A program made the position numbers and the translations under genes. A model generated the notes under the pieces. It was not told the origin of the DNA. It saw only the letters and a list, made by a program, of their open reading frames with translations, and searched no databases. This document shows, one piece after another, positions 53,465-63,260 of a stretch of 64,000 bases of DNA (positions are counted from its first letter, which is position 1; each line of letters starts with the position of its first letter). The stretch lies in sequence record NZ_CP020440.2. One strand, written 5' to 3'. The stretch comes from a plasmid.

Positions 53465-55312
53465 TTACTCGACCTGGCTGACGTCGCGGACGGCGCCGCG
53501 CGCGGCGTTCGTGGTCAGCGCCGCATAGGCGCGCAGCGCCGGCGAGACATGGCGCTTGCGGCCCTTGGGCTTCCACGCATCCTTGCCGCGCGCCTCCATC
53601 TCCTCGTGACGGCGGGCAAGTTCCGCATCGTCCACCACCAGCCGGATGACCCGGTTCGGAATGTCGATCAGGATCCTGTCGCCCGGCGCGACCAGGCCGA
53701 TCAGCCCGCCCTCGGCCGCCTCGGGCGAGACATGACCGATCGACAGCCCCGAGGTGCCGCCCGAGAAGCGCCCGTCGGTAATCAGCGCACAGGCCTTGCC
53801 CAGGCCCTTCGACTTCAGATAGCTGGTCGGATACAGCATCTCCTGCATCCCGGGCCCGCCCTTGGGGCCTTCGTAACGGATGACGACCACATCGCCTTCC
53901 TTGACGTCGCCGCCCAGGATCGCGACCACGGCGGCCTCCTGGCTTTCATAGACCTTGGCGTTGCCTTCAAAGACCAGGATGGATTCGTCCACGCCCGCTG
54001 TCTTGACGATGCAGCCCTCGGGGGCAAGGTTGCCGTACAGAACGGCCAGGCCGCCGTCCTTGCTGAAGGGATGCTCGGCATCGCGGATCACGCCGCCGAC
54101 GCGGTCCAGGTCCAGTTCTTCCCAGCGGGTGGACTGGCTGAAGGCCTGGGTGGTGCGCACGCCGCCAGGCGCCGCGCGATAGAATTCGCGCACGCTTTCG
54201 CTGTTGGTGCGGCCCACGTCCCAGCGGTTCAGCGCATCGGCCATGCTGGGCGAATGGACGGTGGGCAGGCTGGTGTCCAGCAGCCCCGCCTTGTCCAGTT
54301 CGCCCAGGATCGACATGATGCCGCCGGCGCGGTGCACGTCCTCCATGTGGACGTCGTTCTTGGCGGGCGCGACCTTGCACAGGCAGGGCACGCGGCGCGA
54401 CAGCCGGTCGATGTCAGCCATGGTGAAATCGACCTCGCTCTCGATGGCGGCGGCCAGCAGGTGCAGCACGGTGTTGGTCGATCCGCCCATGGCGATGTCC
54501 AGGCTCATGGCGTTTTCGAACGCGGCCCGCGTCGCGATGGAGCGCGGCAGCGCGCTCGCGTCGTCCTGTTCGTAATAGCGCCGCGCCATGTCGACGATGG
54601 TGTGGCCCGCCTCGCGGAACAGCTTTTCGCGGTCGGCATGGGTCGCCAGGACCGAGCCGTTGCCCGGCAACGACAGCCCCAACGCCTCGGTCAGGCAGTT
54701 CATCGAATTCGCGGTGAACATGCCCGAGCACGACCCGCAGGTCGGGCAGGCCGCTTCCTCGATCGCCTGCACTTCCTCGTCGGTATAGGATTCGTCGGCG
54801 GCGACGACCATGGCGTCCACCAGGTCCAGCGCGACCGTCTTGCCGCGAATCTGCGCCTTGCCCGCCTCCATCGGCCCGCCCGAGACAAAGATCGCCGGGA
54901 TGTTCAGCCGCATCGCGGCCATCAGCATGCCGGGGGTGATCTTGTCGCAGTTGCTGATGCAGACCAGCGCGTCGGCGCAATGGGCGTTGGCCATGTATTC
55001 CACCGCATCCGCGATCAGCTCGCGCGAAGGCAGTGAATACAGCATCCCGTCGTGGCCCATGGCGATCCCGTCATCGACCGCGATGGTGTTGAATTCCTTG
55101 GCGACGCCGCCCGCGGCCTCGATTTCACCGGCGACCAGCTGGCCCAGGTCCTTCAGGTGGACGTGGCCCGGCACGAACTGGGTGAAGCTGTTGGCGATGG
55201 CGATGATCGGCTTGCCGAAATCGCCGTCCTTCATGCCTGTGGCGCGCCACAGGCCGCGTGCGCCGGCCATGTTGCGGCCGTGGGTGCTGGTGCGGGAACG
55301 ATATTGGGGCAT
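53465..55312 (-). CDS. ilvD: Dihydroxy-acid dehydratase
   Basis: Start [27 protein letters not shown] (CAT 55310-55312). About 615 aa with IlvD/EDD signatures ([14 protein letters not shown]). Confidence 0.9.
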   Translation of the reverse strand: MPQYRSRTSTHGRNMAGARGLWRATGMKDGDFGKPIIAIANSFTQFVPGHVHLKDLGQLVAGEIEAAGGVAKEFNTIAVDDGIAMGHDGMLYSLPSRELIADAVEYMANAHCADALVCISNCDKITPGMLMAAMRLNIPAIFVSGGPMEAGKAQIRGKTVALDLVDAMVVAADESYTDEEVQAIEEAACPTCGSCSGMFTANSMNCLTEALGLSLPGNGSVLATHADREKLFREAGHTIVDMARRYYEQDDASALPRSIATRAAFENAMSLDIAMGGSTNTVLHLLAAAIESEVDFTMADIDRLSRRVPCLCKVAPAKNDVHMEDVHRAGGIMSILGELDKAGLLDTSLPTVHSPSMADALNRWDVGRTNSESVREFYRAAPGGVRTTQAFSQSTRWEELDLDRVGGVIRDAEHPFSKDGGLAVLYGNLAPEGCIVKTAGVDESILVFEGNAKVYESQEAAVVAILGGDVKEGDVVVIRYEGPKGGPGMQEMLYPTSYLKSKGLGKACALITDGRFSGGTSGLSIGHVSPEAAEGGLIGLVAPGDRILIDIPNRVIRLVVDDAELARRHEEMEARGKDAWKPKGRKRHVSPALRAYAALTTNAARGAVRDVSQVE

Positions 55313-55420
55313 GGGTCTATGGCTCGTCTGGATTGGTTTTGGCTGGCCGCGACCATAGACCCTTGGCACTAGGTTGTGAAATATATTATTATGGCCTGAT
55401 TAATTCACCACAGGATATGA

Positions 55421-56320
55421 ATGGCCATCGACCTGCGCCAGTTGCGCCATTTCCTGACCCTGGCGCAGACCCTGCATTTCGGCCGCGCGGCCGAAATCCT
55501 GGGCATGACCCAGCCGCCGCTGAGCCAGTCGATCATGGCGCTGGAGCGGGAACTGGGCGCAGCCCTGTTCCTGCGCTCCAAGCGCAGCGTCGCGCTGACC
55601 GAATTCGGCCGGCAATGGCTGGACCACGTCCGCCCGGCGCTGGCCGCCGTCGAGGCCCTGCCCGAGATCGCCCGCCAGCTGCGCGAGGGGCGCGCGGGCC
55701 GGCTGTCCCTGGCCTTCGTCAGCACCGCCGATTACAGCATCCTGCCGCGCCTGATCCACGATCACGCCCTGGCCTATCCGGGCGTCGAGATCGAGCTGAT
55801 CGAGGCGACCAGCGACCGCCAGTTCCAGGACCTGGCCGAAGGGCGCATCCATGCAGGCATCGCCATTCCGCCCGACACCGCCCTGCCGCCCTCGCTGGAT
55901 TACCGGCCCCTGCTGCGCGAGCCGCTGATCGCCGCCGTGCCGCAGGACTGGCTGGACGGCAAACAGATCCTCGCCCGCGCGGGGAGGATCGCGGGCGAGG
56001 ACTGGATGCGCCACCCGCTGGTCATCTTTCCGCGCAGGGTGGCGCCTCGGTTCCATGACCTGATCCTGGGCCATTACCGGGGGCGGGGCCACCAGCCGCG
56101 GATCCGGCAAGAGGCGATCCAGATGCAGACGATCATCAGCCTGGTTTCGGCCGGGATCGGCATGGCGCTGGTGCCGCAGTCGCTGCGCAGCCTGGCGCGG
56201 ACGGGCGTGCGCTATCTGGACATCGACGACGCGCCGGTGCTGGAAACCGGGCTGGTCTGGCGGCGGGGCGACGATGCGCCCACGCTGGCCGGGCTGCGGC
56301 GGCTCGCTCTGGGCGAATGA
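55421..56320 (+). CDS. LysR-family transcriptional regulator
   Basis: 299 aa MAIDLRQLRHFLTLAQTLHFGRAAEILGMTQPPLSQSIMALEREL (HTH) plus a substrate-binding domain. Divergent from ilvD across an AT-rich 108-bp spacer. Confidence 0.85.
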   Translation: MAIDLRQLRHFLTLAQTLHFGRAAEILGMTQPPLSQSIMALERELGAALFLRSKRSVALTEFGRQWLDHVRPALAAVEALPEIARQLREGRAGRLSLAFVSTADYSILPRLIHDHALAYPGVEIELIEATSDRQFQDLAEGRIHAGIAIPPDTALPPSLDYRPLLREPLIAAVPQDWLDGKQILARAGRIAGEDWMRHPLVIFPRRVAPRFHDLILGHYRGRGHQPRIRQEAIQMQTIISLVSAGIGMALVPQSLRSLARTGVRYLDIDDAPVLETGLVWRRGDDAPTLAGLRRLALGE

Positions 56321-56323
56321 CCC

Positions 56324-57103
56324 TCAGGCGGCAAAGATCGCGTCCAGGATCTCGGCCTCGATGGCGGCCAGTTCGGCGCTGCCCCGGGTGACGGGCCCGA
56401 CGCGCAGGATCTCGGTCTCGTTCAGGATGCCGCCCTGGCCCAGGACGATGATCCGGTCCGACAGGGCCACCGCCTCGGCCACGTCATGGGTGACCAGGAC
56501 GGCGGTGAAGCCCGCGCGGTCGTGCATGTCGCGGATGAGGTTCTGCATGGTCAGCCGGGTCAGCGCGTCCAGCGCGCCCAGGGGCTCGTCCAGCAGCAAA
56601 AGCCCCGGATGGCTGACCAGCGCGCGGGCCAGCGCCACCCGCTGGCGCTGCCCGCCCGACAGTTGCGCCGGCCAGAAGTCCGCCTTGTCGGCCAGTTGCA
56701 CCGACTCCAGCGCCTCGGCCACCGCCTTCGGGTCGGGCCCGCCGCGCAGGCCCACGGCCACATTGCCCGCGACCGAGGCCCAGGGCAGCAGGCGCGGTTC
56801 CTGGAACATGATCCGCAGCCGGTCCCCGGCCTGATGCGCGGGTGTGCCGTCCACCGTCACGCTGCCGACCGAAGGCCGGTCGAGCCCGGCGATCAGCCGC
56901 AGCAGCGTGGACTTGCCGCAGCCGCTTTTGCCGACGATGGACAGGAACTCGCCCGGCCGCACCGTCAGATCCAGGTTGGCCAGCACCCGGTTGCCGTCGA
57001 AGCTGCGGCTGACATGGCTCAGGGCGACGGCGGCACCGGCACGGTTTGCGCGCAGCATGGGCGGCACCGCGATGTCGCGGGGCAGAAGCTCAGCGGTTTG
57101 CAT
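56324..57103 (-). CDS. ssuB: Aliphatic sulfonate ABC transporter ATP-binding protein
   Basis: 259 aa. Walker A GKSGCGKST and LSGGQRQRVALARAL. NitT/TauT family. Confidence 0.75.
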   Translation of the reverse strand: MQTAELLPRDIAVPPMLRANRAGAAVALSHVSRSFDGNRVLANLDLTVRPGEFLSIVGKSGCGKSTLLRLIAGLDRPSVGSVTVDGTPAHQAGDRLRIMFQEPRLLPWASVAGNVAVGLRGGPDPKAVAEALESVQLADKADFWPAQLSGGQRQRVALARALVSHPGLLLLDEPLGALDALTRLTMQNLIRDMHDRAGFTAVLVTHDVAEAVALSDRIIVLGQGGILNETEILRVGPVTRGSAELAAIEAEILDAIFAA

Positions 57104-57908
57104 AGGCGGGGCTCCATTTCAGGGCGCGGCGTTCCAGCGCGCGGGTCAGCGTGTCCGCCAGCTTGCCAAGCGCCGCGTAAAGCAGGATCGACAGCACGAC
57201 GACATCCAGCACCATGAATTCGCGCGCCTGCATCGCCATGTAGCCCAGTCCCGACGAGGCCGAGAGCGTTTCGGCCACGATCAGCGTCAGCCACATGATG
57301 CCCAGCCCATAGCGCAGCCCGACGAAGATCGAGGGCAGCGCGCCCGGCAGCACGATGCGGCGGAACAGTTGCCGCCCGTTCATGCCATAGGCGCGGCCCA
57401 TCTCGATCAGTTGCGGATCGACGTTGCGGATGCCGTGCAGCGTGTTCAGGTAGATCGGAAAGAACACGCCAAGCGCGACCAGGAACAGCTTGGCGCCCTC
57501 GCCGATGCCGAACCACAGGATGACCAGCGGGATCAGCGCCAGATGCGGGATGTTGCGCACCATCTGCAGGGTGCTGTCGGTCAGCGTCTCGCTGATGCGC
57601 GAGGCGCCGTTGGCGACCCCCAGCGCAAAGCCGATGCCGCCGCCGACGACCAGCCCGGCCAGCGCCCGCGCGGCCGAGACGCCGAGATGGGTGAGCAGCT
57701 CGCCCGACAGCGTCATGCGCACGGCCGTGGCCAGGATCTCGGACGGGCGCGGCAGGACGCGGTCGCCGATCAGGCCGGTCGCGCCGGCGATTTCCCAGGC
57801 CAGCAGGATGGCAGCGGGCACCGCATAGGGCAGCAGCGCGCGGCCAGGGGGCAGGCCCGGCCGCCATCCGGCCAGGCGCTGCACGTTCAGGGTTTCGGCA
57901 AGGCTCAT
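57090..57908 (-). CDS. ssuC: Aliphatic sulfonate ABC transporter permease
   Basis: 272 aa SsuC/TauC-type permease. Confidence 0.75.
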   Translation of the reverse strand: MSLAETLNVQRLAGWRPGLPPGRALLPYAVPAAILLAWEIAGATGLIGDRVLPRPSEILATAVRMTLSGELLTHLGVSAARALAGLVVGGGIGFALGVANGASRISETLTDSTLQMVRNIPHLALIPLVILWFGIGEGAKLFLVALGVFFPIYLNTLHGIRNVDPQLIEMGRAYGMNGRQLFRRIVLPGALPSIFVGLRYGLGIMWLTLIVAETLSASSGLGYMAMQAREFMVLDVVVLSILLYAALGKLADTLTRALERRALKWSPAYANR

Positions 57909-57919
57909 GGACTGTCTCC

Positions 57920-58900
57920 TCAGCTTGCGGTCTGCGGGGTCCAGACGACCGAGGCGATGTCCAGCTGCCGGGGGATGATCCCCAGCTTGAAGAACTCGTC
58001 CGCGACGCCCTGTTCATAGGCGATGTGCTTGGGCTCGACGAAGCCGACCAGCCCGAGGTCGCTGCCCTTGCGCGTCAGGAAGCGGTGCATGACGGCTTCC
58101 GACAGGCCGGTTTCGCGGGCAAAGGTGCGGGTCGTCGCGTCCAGGTCCTGCTGCCCCTTCTGGCCCACCGCCTGCACGGTGCGGACCAGCTGGGCGACCA
58201 GTTCGGGGTTTTCCTTGGCATAGTCGCCGTTCGCGGAATAGAAGTTGTAGTCCTGTTCCAGCCCCTCGGTCGTGCGCAGGACACGGGTGTTCGGGCGCTC
58301 CTCGGCCATGGCGAAATAGGGGTCCCAGATCGTCCAGGCGCCGATCGCGCCGGCGTCGAAGGCGGCGATGGCGTCGGGCGGGGCCAGGTCCTGGGGCGTG
58401 ATGTCATCCAGCGTCAGCCCCGCCGTTTCCAGCAGCCTGATCGTGGCGTAATGGGCGGAACTCCCGCGCTTGAAGGCGACCTTCTGGCCCTTCAGGTCGG
58501 CCACGGTCCTGATCGGTGAATCCGCCGGCACCAGGATCGCATGGCCTTCCCGCGAGCCCTGGGCCGCGCCCACGAAGACCAGGTTGCCGCGCGCGGCATG
58601 GGCAAAGATCGGCGGCACGTTGCCGGTATAGCCGAAGTCCAGCGCGTTGGCCGACAGCGCCTCAAGCAACGGCGGGCCCGAGGTGAATTCGGACCAGCTG
58701 ACGTTGATGCCTTGCTGGGCCAGCGCGTCCTCGAAGGCCTGCGAGCCCTTGACCAGGCCCAGAAGGCCACCCTTTTGCCAGCCGACGCGCAGCGCCTTGG
58801 CGGGGGCGGCGCGCACCAGCGCCGGGGTGGCCAGCGTCGCCAGGGCGGCAAGCCCCAGGCCCAGGGCGGCGCGGCGCGAGACTGTCGTGGTCGTCGTCAT
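57920..58900 (-). CDS. ssuA: Aliphatic sulfonate ABC transporter substrate-binding protein (Tat signal)
   Basis: Start MTTTTTVSRRAALGLGLAALATLATPALVRA (twin-arginine motif; CAT 58898-58900). NMT1/SsuA-like SBP. Confidence 0.75.
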   Translation of the reverse strand: MTTTTTVSRRAALGLGLAALATLATPALVRAAPAKALRVGWQKGGLLGLVKGSQAFEDALAQQGINVSWSEFTSGPPLLEALSANALDFGYTGNVPPIFAHAARGNLVFVGAAQGSREGHAILVPADSPIRTVADLKGQKVAFKRGSSAHYATIRLLETAGLTLDDITPQDLAPPDAIAAFDAGAIGAWTIWDPYFAMAEERPNTRVLRTTEGLEQDYNFYSANGDYAKENPELVAQLVRTVQAVGQKGQQDLDATTRTFARETGLSEAVMHRFLTRKGSDLGLVGFVEPKHIAYEQGVADEFFKLGIIPRQLDIASVVWTPQTAS

Positions 58901-58911
58901 GGTCTGTCCTT

Positions 58912-59490
58912 TCAAAGCGCGCGCAGGATGGCGGGTTCGGGGGCCGAGCGGGACGGCGCGGAGGCGAGATAGGGGGCGAACTGGGTCACCGCGCGGCCAA
59001 GGCGCGCCCGCGCCGCCTCGTCCGCCAGCTTGCCGCCGACGAATTCGCGGTCCGAGACATAGACGCCGGTGGCCAGGCTCTGCGCCTCGAAAAAGCCGAA
59101 CAGCGGGCGCAGCTGGTGTTCGATCACCAGCGCGTGGCGATCGCCGCCGCCGGCGGCCGCCAGCAGGATCGGCTTGCCGGCCAGCATGCCCGGGTCCAGC
59201 AGGTCGAAGACATGCTTGAAGAGCCCGGCATAGCTGCCCTTGTGGACCGGGCTTGCGATCACCAGCGCGTCCGAACGGATCAGCGCGGTGACATGCTCCA
59301 GCGCCTCGGGCTCAAGATCGCCCAGATGGCGCGCGGCGCCCAGCGAGGGGCCAAGGTCGTTCAGGTCAAAGACATGGCCGATGGCGTCGAAGCGCTGGGT
59401 CGCCAGTTCGACGGCGGCTTCCACCAGCGAGCGGGTGCGCGAAGGCGCGGAAAGGCTGCCGGCAAAGCCGGTGATGGTCAGGGTGGTCAT
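58912..59490 (-). CDS. ssuE: NAD(P)H-dependent FMN reductase (SsuE/MsuE-like)
   Basis: Start MTTLTITGFAGSLSAPSRTRSL (CAT 59488-59490). About 192 aa flavodoxin-like FMN reductase. Confidence 0.75.
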   Translation of the reverse strand: MTTLTITGFAGSLSAPSRTRSLVEAAVELATQRFDAIGHVFDLNDLGPSLGAARHLGDLEPEALEHVTALIRSDALVIASPVHKGSYAGLFKHVFDLLDPGMLAGKPILLAAAGGGDRHALVIEHQLRPLFGFFEAQSLATGVYVSDREFVGGKLADEAARARLGRAVTQFAPYLASAPSRSAPEPAILRAL

Positions 59491-59516
59491 GGGATGCACG
59501 ACTCCGTCAAAGGGGG

Positions 59517-60962
59517 TCAGGTCGGGCGGGCGCCTCGGGCGTGCTGGCCAAAGGCGGGCCTGAGGATCGGCGCGAGCATGACGCGCCGGGCGATTTCACG
59601 GGCAATGCTGCGGGCGTGGGCGGCACATTCCGGCGCGCCGACCAGTTCGCCCACATGGCCCCGCGCCAGGGGACCGGCGATCAGGATGCGGTCGCTGGTC
59701 CGGCCCTGCGCATCCTGGGCCTTGCAGATCGCGGTCGTGGCAAGACCAAGGCCCAGCGGACAGGGCGCGATCAGCCCCAGACGGGCCAGCGCCGCCAGCG
59801 CGGGATTGGCGCCGATACATCGGTCCTGCGCGGGACCCGTGGTGACGACGATGCGGTCGAAGCGCTCGCGCCGCAGGGTGTCGGTACCGCGCGGCCGCCA
59901 GGTCACATCCGCGCCGCCGTCGCGCCGCTCGGCCGCGACCAGATGGCCGGCGGCATAGTCCAGCCGTCCCTCGTCCAGCAGCCGGGCGATGACCGCCTCG
60001 ACCTGGGGCGCCAGGCGATAGCGGTGGACGTCCCACCAGGTCCGCAGGTGGCGCAGCAGGCGGGCGCGGGCGTCCATGTCCAGCGCCGCCCAGATCTGCG
60101 GCCCCTGCGCGCGCAGCCGATAGAAGGTGGCATGCCAGCCCTGCCCACGCGCCTGGTCGTCGACGATGGCGTCGCGCACCCGGCGCAGCAGGTCCGAAGC
60201 CTTCGTCGCGGGCGGGTCGGTGAAATCGGTGCCGCTGTCCTGGCAGACGGGCCCCTGCGCGCGCGACCGCAGGCCGCGCCGCGACAGGCAGGTGATCTGG
60301 CCGCGATGGCCCTGCCGGTCCAGGGTCGCGATCACGTCGGCGGCGCTCAGCGCGGCGCCCAGGATCAGGACGCGCGCATCCTCGGGGATGTCGGCCAGGC
60401 GCACGGCTTCGCCCGGATCGGGCACCAGCACGGCCGAGCCGGTCAGCCCCGCCACCACCTTGGGCACGGCGGGCGCCGGATGGCCGGTCGCCAGCACCAG
60501 AAGGTCGGCGCGGATGCGGGTCTCGTCCGACAGCACCAGCACCAGCGCGCCGTCGGCGCTGCGTTCCACGTCGCTGACCCGCGCCCGGATGTGGCGGATC
60601 GCGCCGGAGTCCAGGTGCGGCGCCAGCCGTTCCGAGACATAGCGGCCGAACAGCGCGCGCTGCGGGTAAAGGTCGCCGCTGGGGGCGACCGCCTGCGGGT
60701 CCAGCCGCGCCGCATCCTCGGCGATCCATTCGGCGAAGTCGGCGCGGTTGTCGGGGTCGATCGACATGCGATGCGCCGGCACGTTGATGCGATGGGTCGG
60801 ATCGGTCGCGGAATAGGCCAGCCCCCGGCCCAGCTCGGCCCGCGGCTCGACCACGGTGATCCGCGCGGGCAGGGTCATGCCGGCAAGCTGCCAGGCCAGG
60901 CTGGCGCCGGTGAAGCCGCCGCCGACGATGACCACGCGCAGGGGGGACTGGATCGCGTTCAT
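59517..60962 (-). CDS. FAD/NAD(P)-binding oxidoreductase of unknown specificity embedded in the ssu operon
   Basis: 481 aa. N-terminal Rossmann motif LRVVIVGGGFTGASLAWQLAG and a second dinucleotide-binding motif (VLILGAALSAADV). Confidence 0.6.
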   Translation of the reverse strand: MNAIQSPLRVVIVGGGFTGASLAWQLAGMTLPARITVVEPRAELGRGLAYSATDPTHRINVPAHRMSIDPDNRADFAEWIAEDAARLDPQAVAPSGDLYPQRALFGRYVSERLAPHLDSGAIRHIRARVSDVERSADGALVLVLSDETRIRADLLVLATGHPAPAVPKVVAGLTGSAVLVPDPGEAVRLADIPEDARVLILGAALSAADVIATLDRQGHRGQITCLSRRGLRSRAQGPVCQDSGTDFTDPPATKASDLLRRVRDAIVDDQARGQGWHATFYRLRAQGPQIWAALDMDARARLLRHLRTWWDVHRYRLAPQVEAVIARLLDEGRLDYAAGHLVAAERRDGGADVTWRPRGTDTLRRERFDRIVVTTGPAQDRCIGANPALAALARLGLIAPCPLGLGLATTAICKAQDAQGRTSDRILIAGPLARGHVGELVGAPECAAHARSIAREIARRVMLAPILRPAFGQHARGARPT

Positions 60963-60966
60963 CGCC

Positions 60967-62160
60967 TCAGCCTCCGGTCACCAGCACGGGGCGCGGGCGG
61001 GTATCGGCGGGCGGGCGATAGTCGTTGCCCACCGTCTCGCCAAAGGGGCCCATGTTCGCGGCCAGCTCGGCCTGCGGCAGCGGATGGTCCAGCGGCAGCA
61101 GCGGCAGCACGCGTTCGCCAAAGCTGTAGGCTTCCTCGAGATGCGGATAGCCGGACAGGATGAAGGTGTCGATGCCGATGCGGCGGTATTCGTCGATCCG
61201 CTCGGCCACGGTCGCGGCGTCGCCCACCAGCGCGGTCCCGGCGCCCCCCCGCACCAGGCCGACCCCGGCCCAAAGGTTCGGGCTGATCTCCAGCTTGTCG
61301 CGGCGCCCGCCGTGCAGTTCGGCCATCCGGCGCTGGCCGACCGAATCCATGCGCGCGAAGGTTTCCTGCGCCTTGGCGATGGTGGCATCGTCCAGCCGGC
61401 TGATCAGGCGTTCCGCCGCGTCCCAGGCCTCGGCGGTGGTTTCGCGCACGATCACGTGCAGGCGGATGCCGAAGCTGACGTCGCGGCCTTCGGCCTCGGC
61501 CAGGCGGCGGACGCTCTCGATCTTGTCGCGCACCTGTTCGGGCGGCTCGCCCCAGGTCAGGTATTTGTGGATCTGCTTGGCCGCGACCGCATTGGCCGCC
61601 TCCGACGAGCCGCCAAAGAACAGCGGCGGGCCGTTTTCCTGAAGCGGCGGGAACAGCAGCTTGCCGCCGTCGATCTTCAGGTGCTTGCCGTGGAAATCCA
61701 CCGTCTCGCCAGCCAGCAGCGCCTTGTAGACGGTCAGGAATTCCTGCGTCACCTCATAGCGCTCGGCATGGGACAGGTGAATGCCGTCACCTGCGTTCTC
61801 GACCGGGTCGCCCCCGGTCACGACGTTGATCAGCAGCCGCCCGCCCGACAGGCGGTCCAGGGTCGCCGTCATCCGCGCCGCCAGTGTCGGCGATTGCAGG
61901 CCGGGGCGCACCGCGACCAGGAACCGCAGCTTTTCCGTCTGCGAGGCCAGGGCGGCCGCGACGACCCAGCTGTCCTCGCAGCTGCGGCCGGTGGGCAGCA
62001 GCACCCCGTAATACCCCAGCGAATCCGCCGCCTGGGCGATCTGGCGAAGATAGGGCAGGTTCACCGCCCGCCCGCCTTCCGCGGTGCCCAGATAGCGGCT
62101 GTCCCCATGCGTGGGCAGAAACCACAGCACCTCGATCTTGTCGGGAACGGCAATGGCCAT
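60967..62160 (-). CDS. ssuD: Alkanesulfonate monooxygenase (FMNH2-dependent, LLM class)
   Basis: Start [25 protein letters not shown] (CAT 62158-62160). About 397 aa luciferase-like monooxygenase with SsuD-type motifs. Confidence 0.85.
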   Translation of the reverse strand: MAIAVPDKIEVLWFLPTHGDSRYLGTAEGGRAVNLPYLRQIAQAADSLGYYGVLLPTGRSCEDSWVVAAALASQTEKLRFLVAVRPGLQSPTLAARMTATLDRLSGGRLLINVVTGGDPVENAGDGIHLSHAERYEVTQEFLTVYKALLAGETVDFHGKHLKIDGGKLLFPPLQENGPPLFFGGSSEAANAVAAKQIHKYLTWGEPPEQVRDKIESVRRLAEAEGRDVSFGIRLHVIVRETTAEAWDAAERLISRLDDATIAKAQETFARMDSVGQRRMAELHGGRRDKLEISPNLWAGVGLVRGGAGTALVGDAATVAERIDEYRRIGIDTFILSGYPHLEEAYSFGERVLPLLPLDHPLPQAELAANMGPFGETVGNDYRPPADTRPRPVLVTGG

Positions 62161-62432
62161 GACGCATCCTCTCGCAGCTTTTGATCCGCAGCCCCCAGGG
62201 GCGCGCAGTGATTCATGGCGAAAGAATACCTGTAAAGACGACCGAGTATATAGATATTTGCAGCCTGCCCGCGATTGAGAAAATCCTTCCCCAGAAGCGC
62301 GCCAGCGGGAAAAAGACCTGTCGACACGCACACCGTCAGGGGAAGGATGCTCCTGCCCGGCCATTCCTGTCCCCTGCTTGAGCACGGCGCCCGGGGACCC
62401 TAGAGTGGGTCCAGCAGCCCCTGGATACCGCC

Positions 62433-63260
62433 ATGCCGTCCGTTCCTGCCGATCCCGGCCCGATGACCCGGCGCGAGGCCGAGGTGCGGCGCTTCGTGCG
62501 TCACCGTTTCGGCCTGCGCGGCACGCTGCGCCTGCATCGCGCGGCGCTCGGGTGGGATCTGCTGCGCGCGCCGGTCAACGTGGCCCTGTCGCCGGTTTTC
62601 CTGATCCTCAAGCTGGTCGCCGCCCTTCTGGGCTGGTGCGGCGCGCGCCGCGTCGCGCCCTGGCTGGGATCGCGGCGGATCTTTCTGCCCTCGGACGTGG
62701 CCCGGCAGCTGGAAGCCGACCTGACGGCGCTGGTCGAGCGGCTGGATGCAGAAGGCACGGGGCCCGGCGCGCCCCCGGACGTGACCCGCGCCGCCATCGC
62801 CGCCCAGGCCGAGACGCGCAATGCGGTGTCCGAGATCACCACCTCGGCCCTGGTGCTGCTGGGGGGATTCCTGCTGTTTCACCGTGCGACTCTGGGCGTC
62901 ATGTCGCTGGCGGGGCCGGTCGCGCAACTGCGCGCGCAAAGCCAGGCCATCGCGGATTTCGCCCTGGGCAGCTGGGCCGGACGGCTGTGGTACGGGTTCT
63001 TCCCCACCAGCCTGTCGCCTTGGGAGGTTCTGCTGACCGGCGTCGTGCTGGCCGTCGCGGCCTCGCTGGTCACGACCTTCGCCGGGCTGATCGCCGATCC
63101 GGTGCAGCTTTGGACCGGGGTGCACCGCCGCCGGCTGATGCGGATGCTGGCGCGGCTGGACCGCCAGCAGGGCCCCGCCGGGATCGAACGCGAGCATGTC
63201 CTGGCCCGGCTGGGCGATCTGGGCGACATCGCCTCGTCGATCTGGCGCGGGCTGCGCTAG
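62433..63260 (+). CDS. Hypothetical membrane-associated protein (no family recognised with confidence)
   Basis: 275 aa. Arg-rich N-terminus, two hydrophobic segments (…[21 protein letters not shown]… and …[23 protein letters not shown]…). Codon usage is typical for the genome. Confidence 0.4.
   Translation: MPSVPADPGPMTRREAEVRRFVRHRFGLRGTLRLHRAALGWDLLRAPVNVALSPVFLILKLVAALLGWCGARRVAPWLGSRRIFLPSDVARQLEADLTALVERLDAEGTGPGAPPDVTRAAIAAQAETRNAVSEITTSALVLLGGFLLFHRATLGVMSLAGPVAQLRAQSQAIADFALGSWAGRLWYGFFPTSLSPWEVLLTGVVLAVAASLVTTFAGLIADPVQLWTGVHRRRLMRMLARLDRQQGPAGIEREHVLARLGDLGDIASSIWRGLR

Noticed and set aside
52169-55036. 955-aa plus-strand ORF spanning the GMC oxidoreductase and ilvD
   Set aside because: Out-of-frame/antisense to two strongly supported genes. 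Composition is Gly/Arg/Ala-rich and low complexity.
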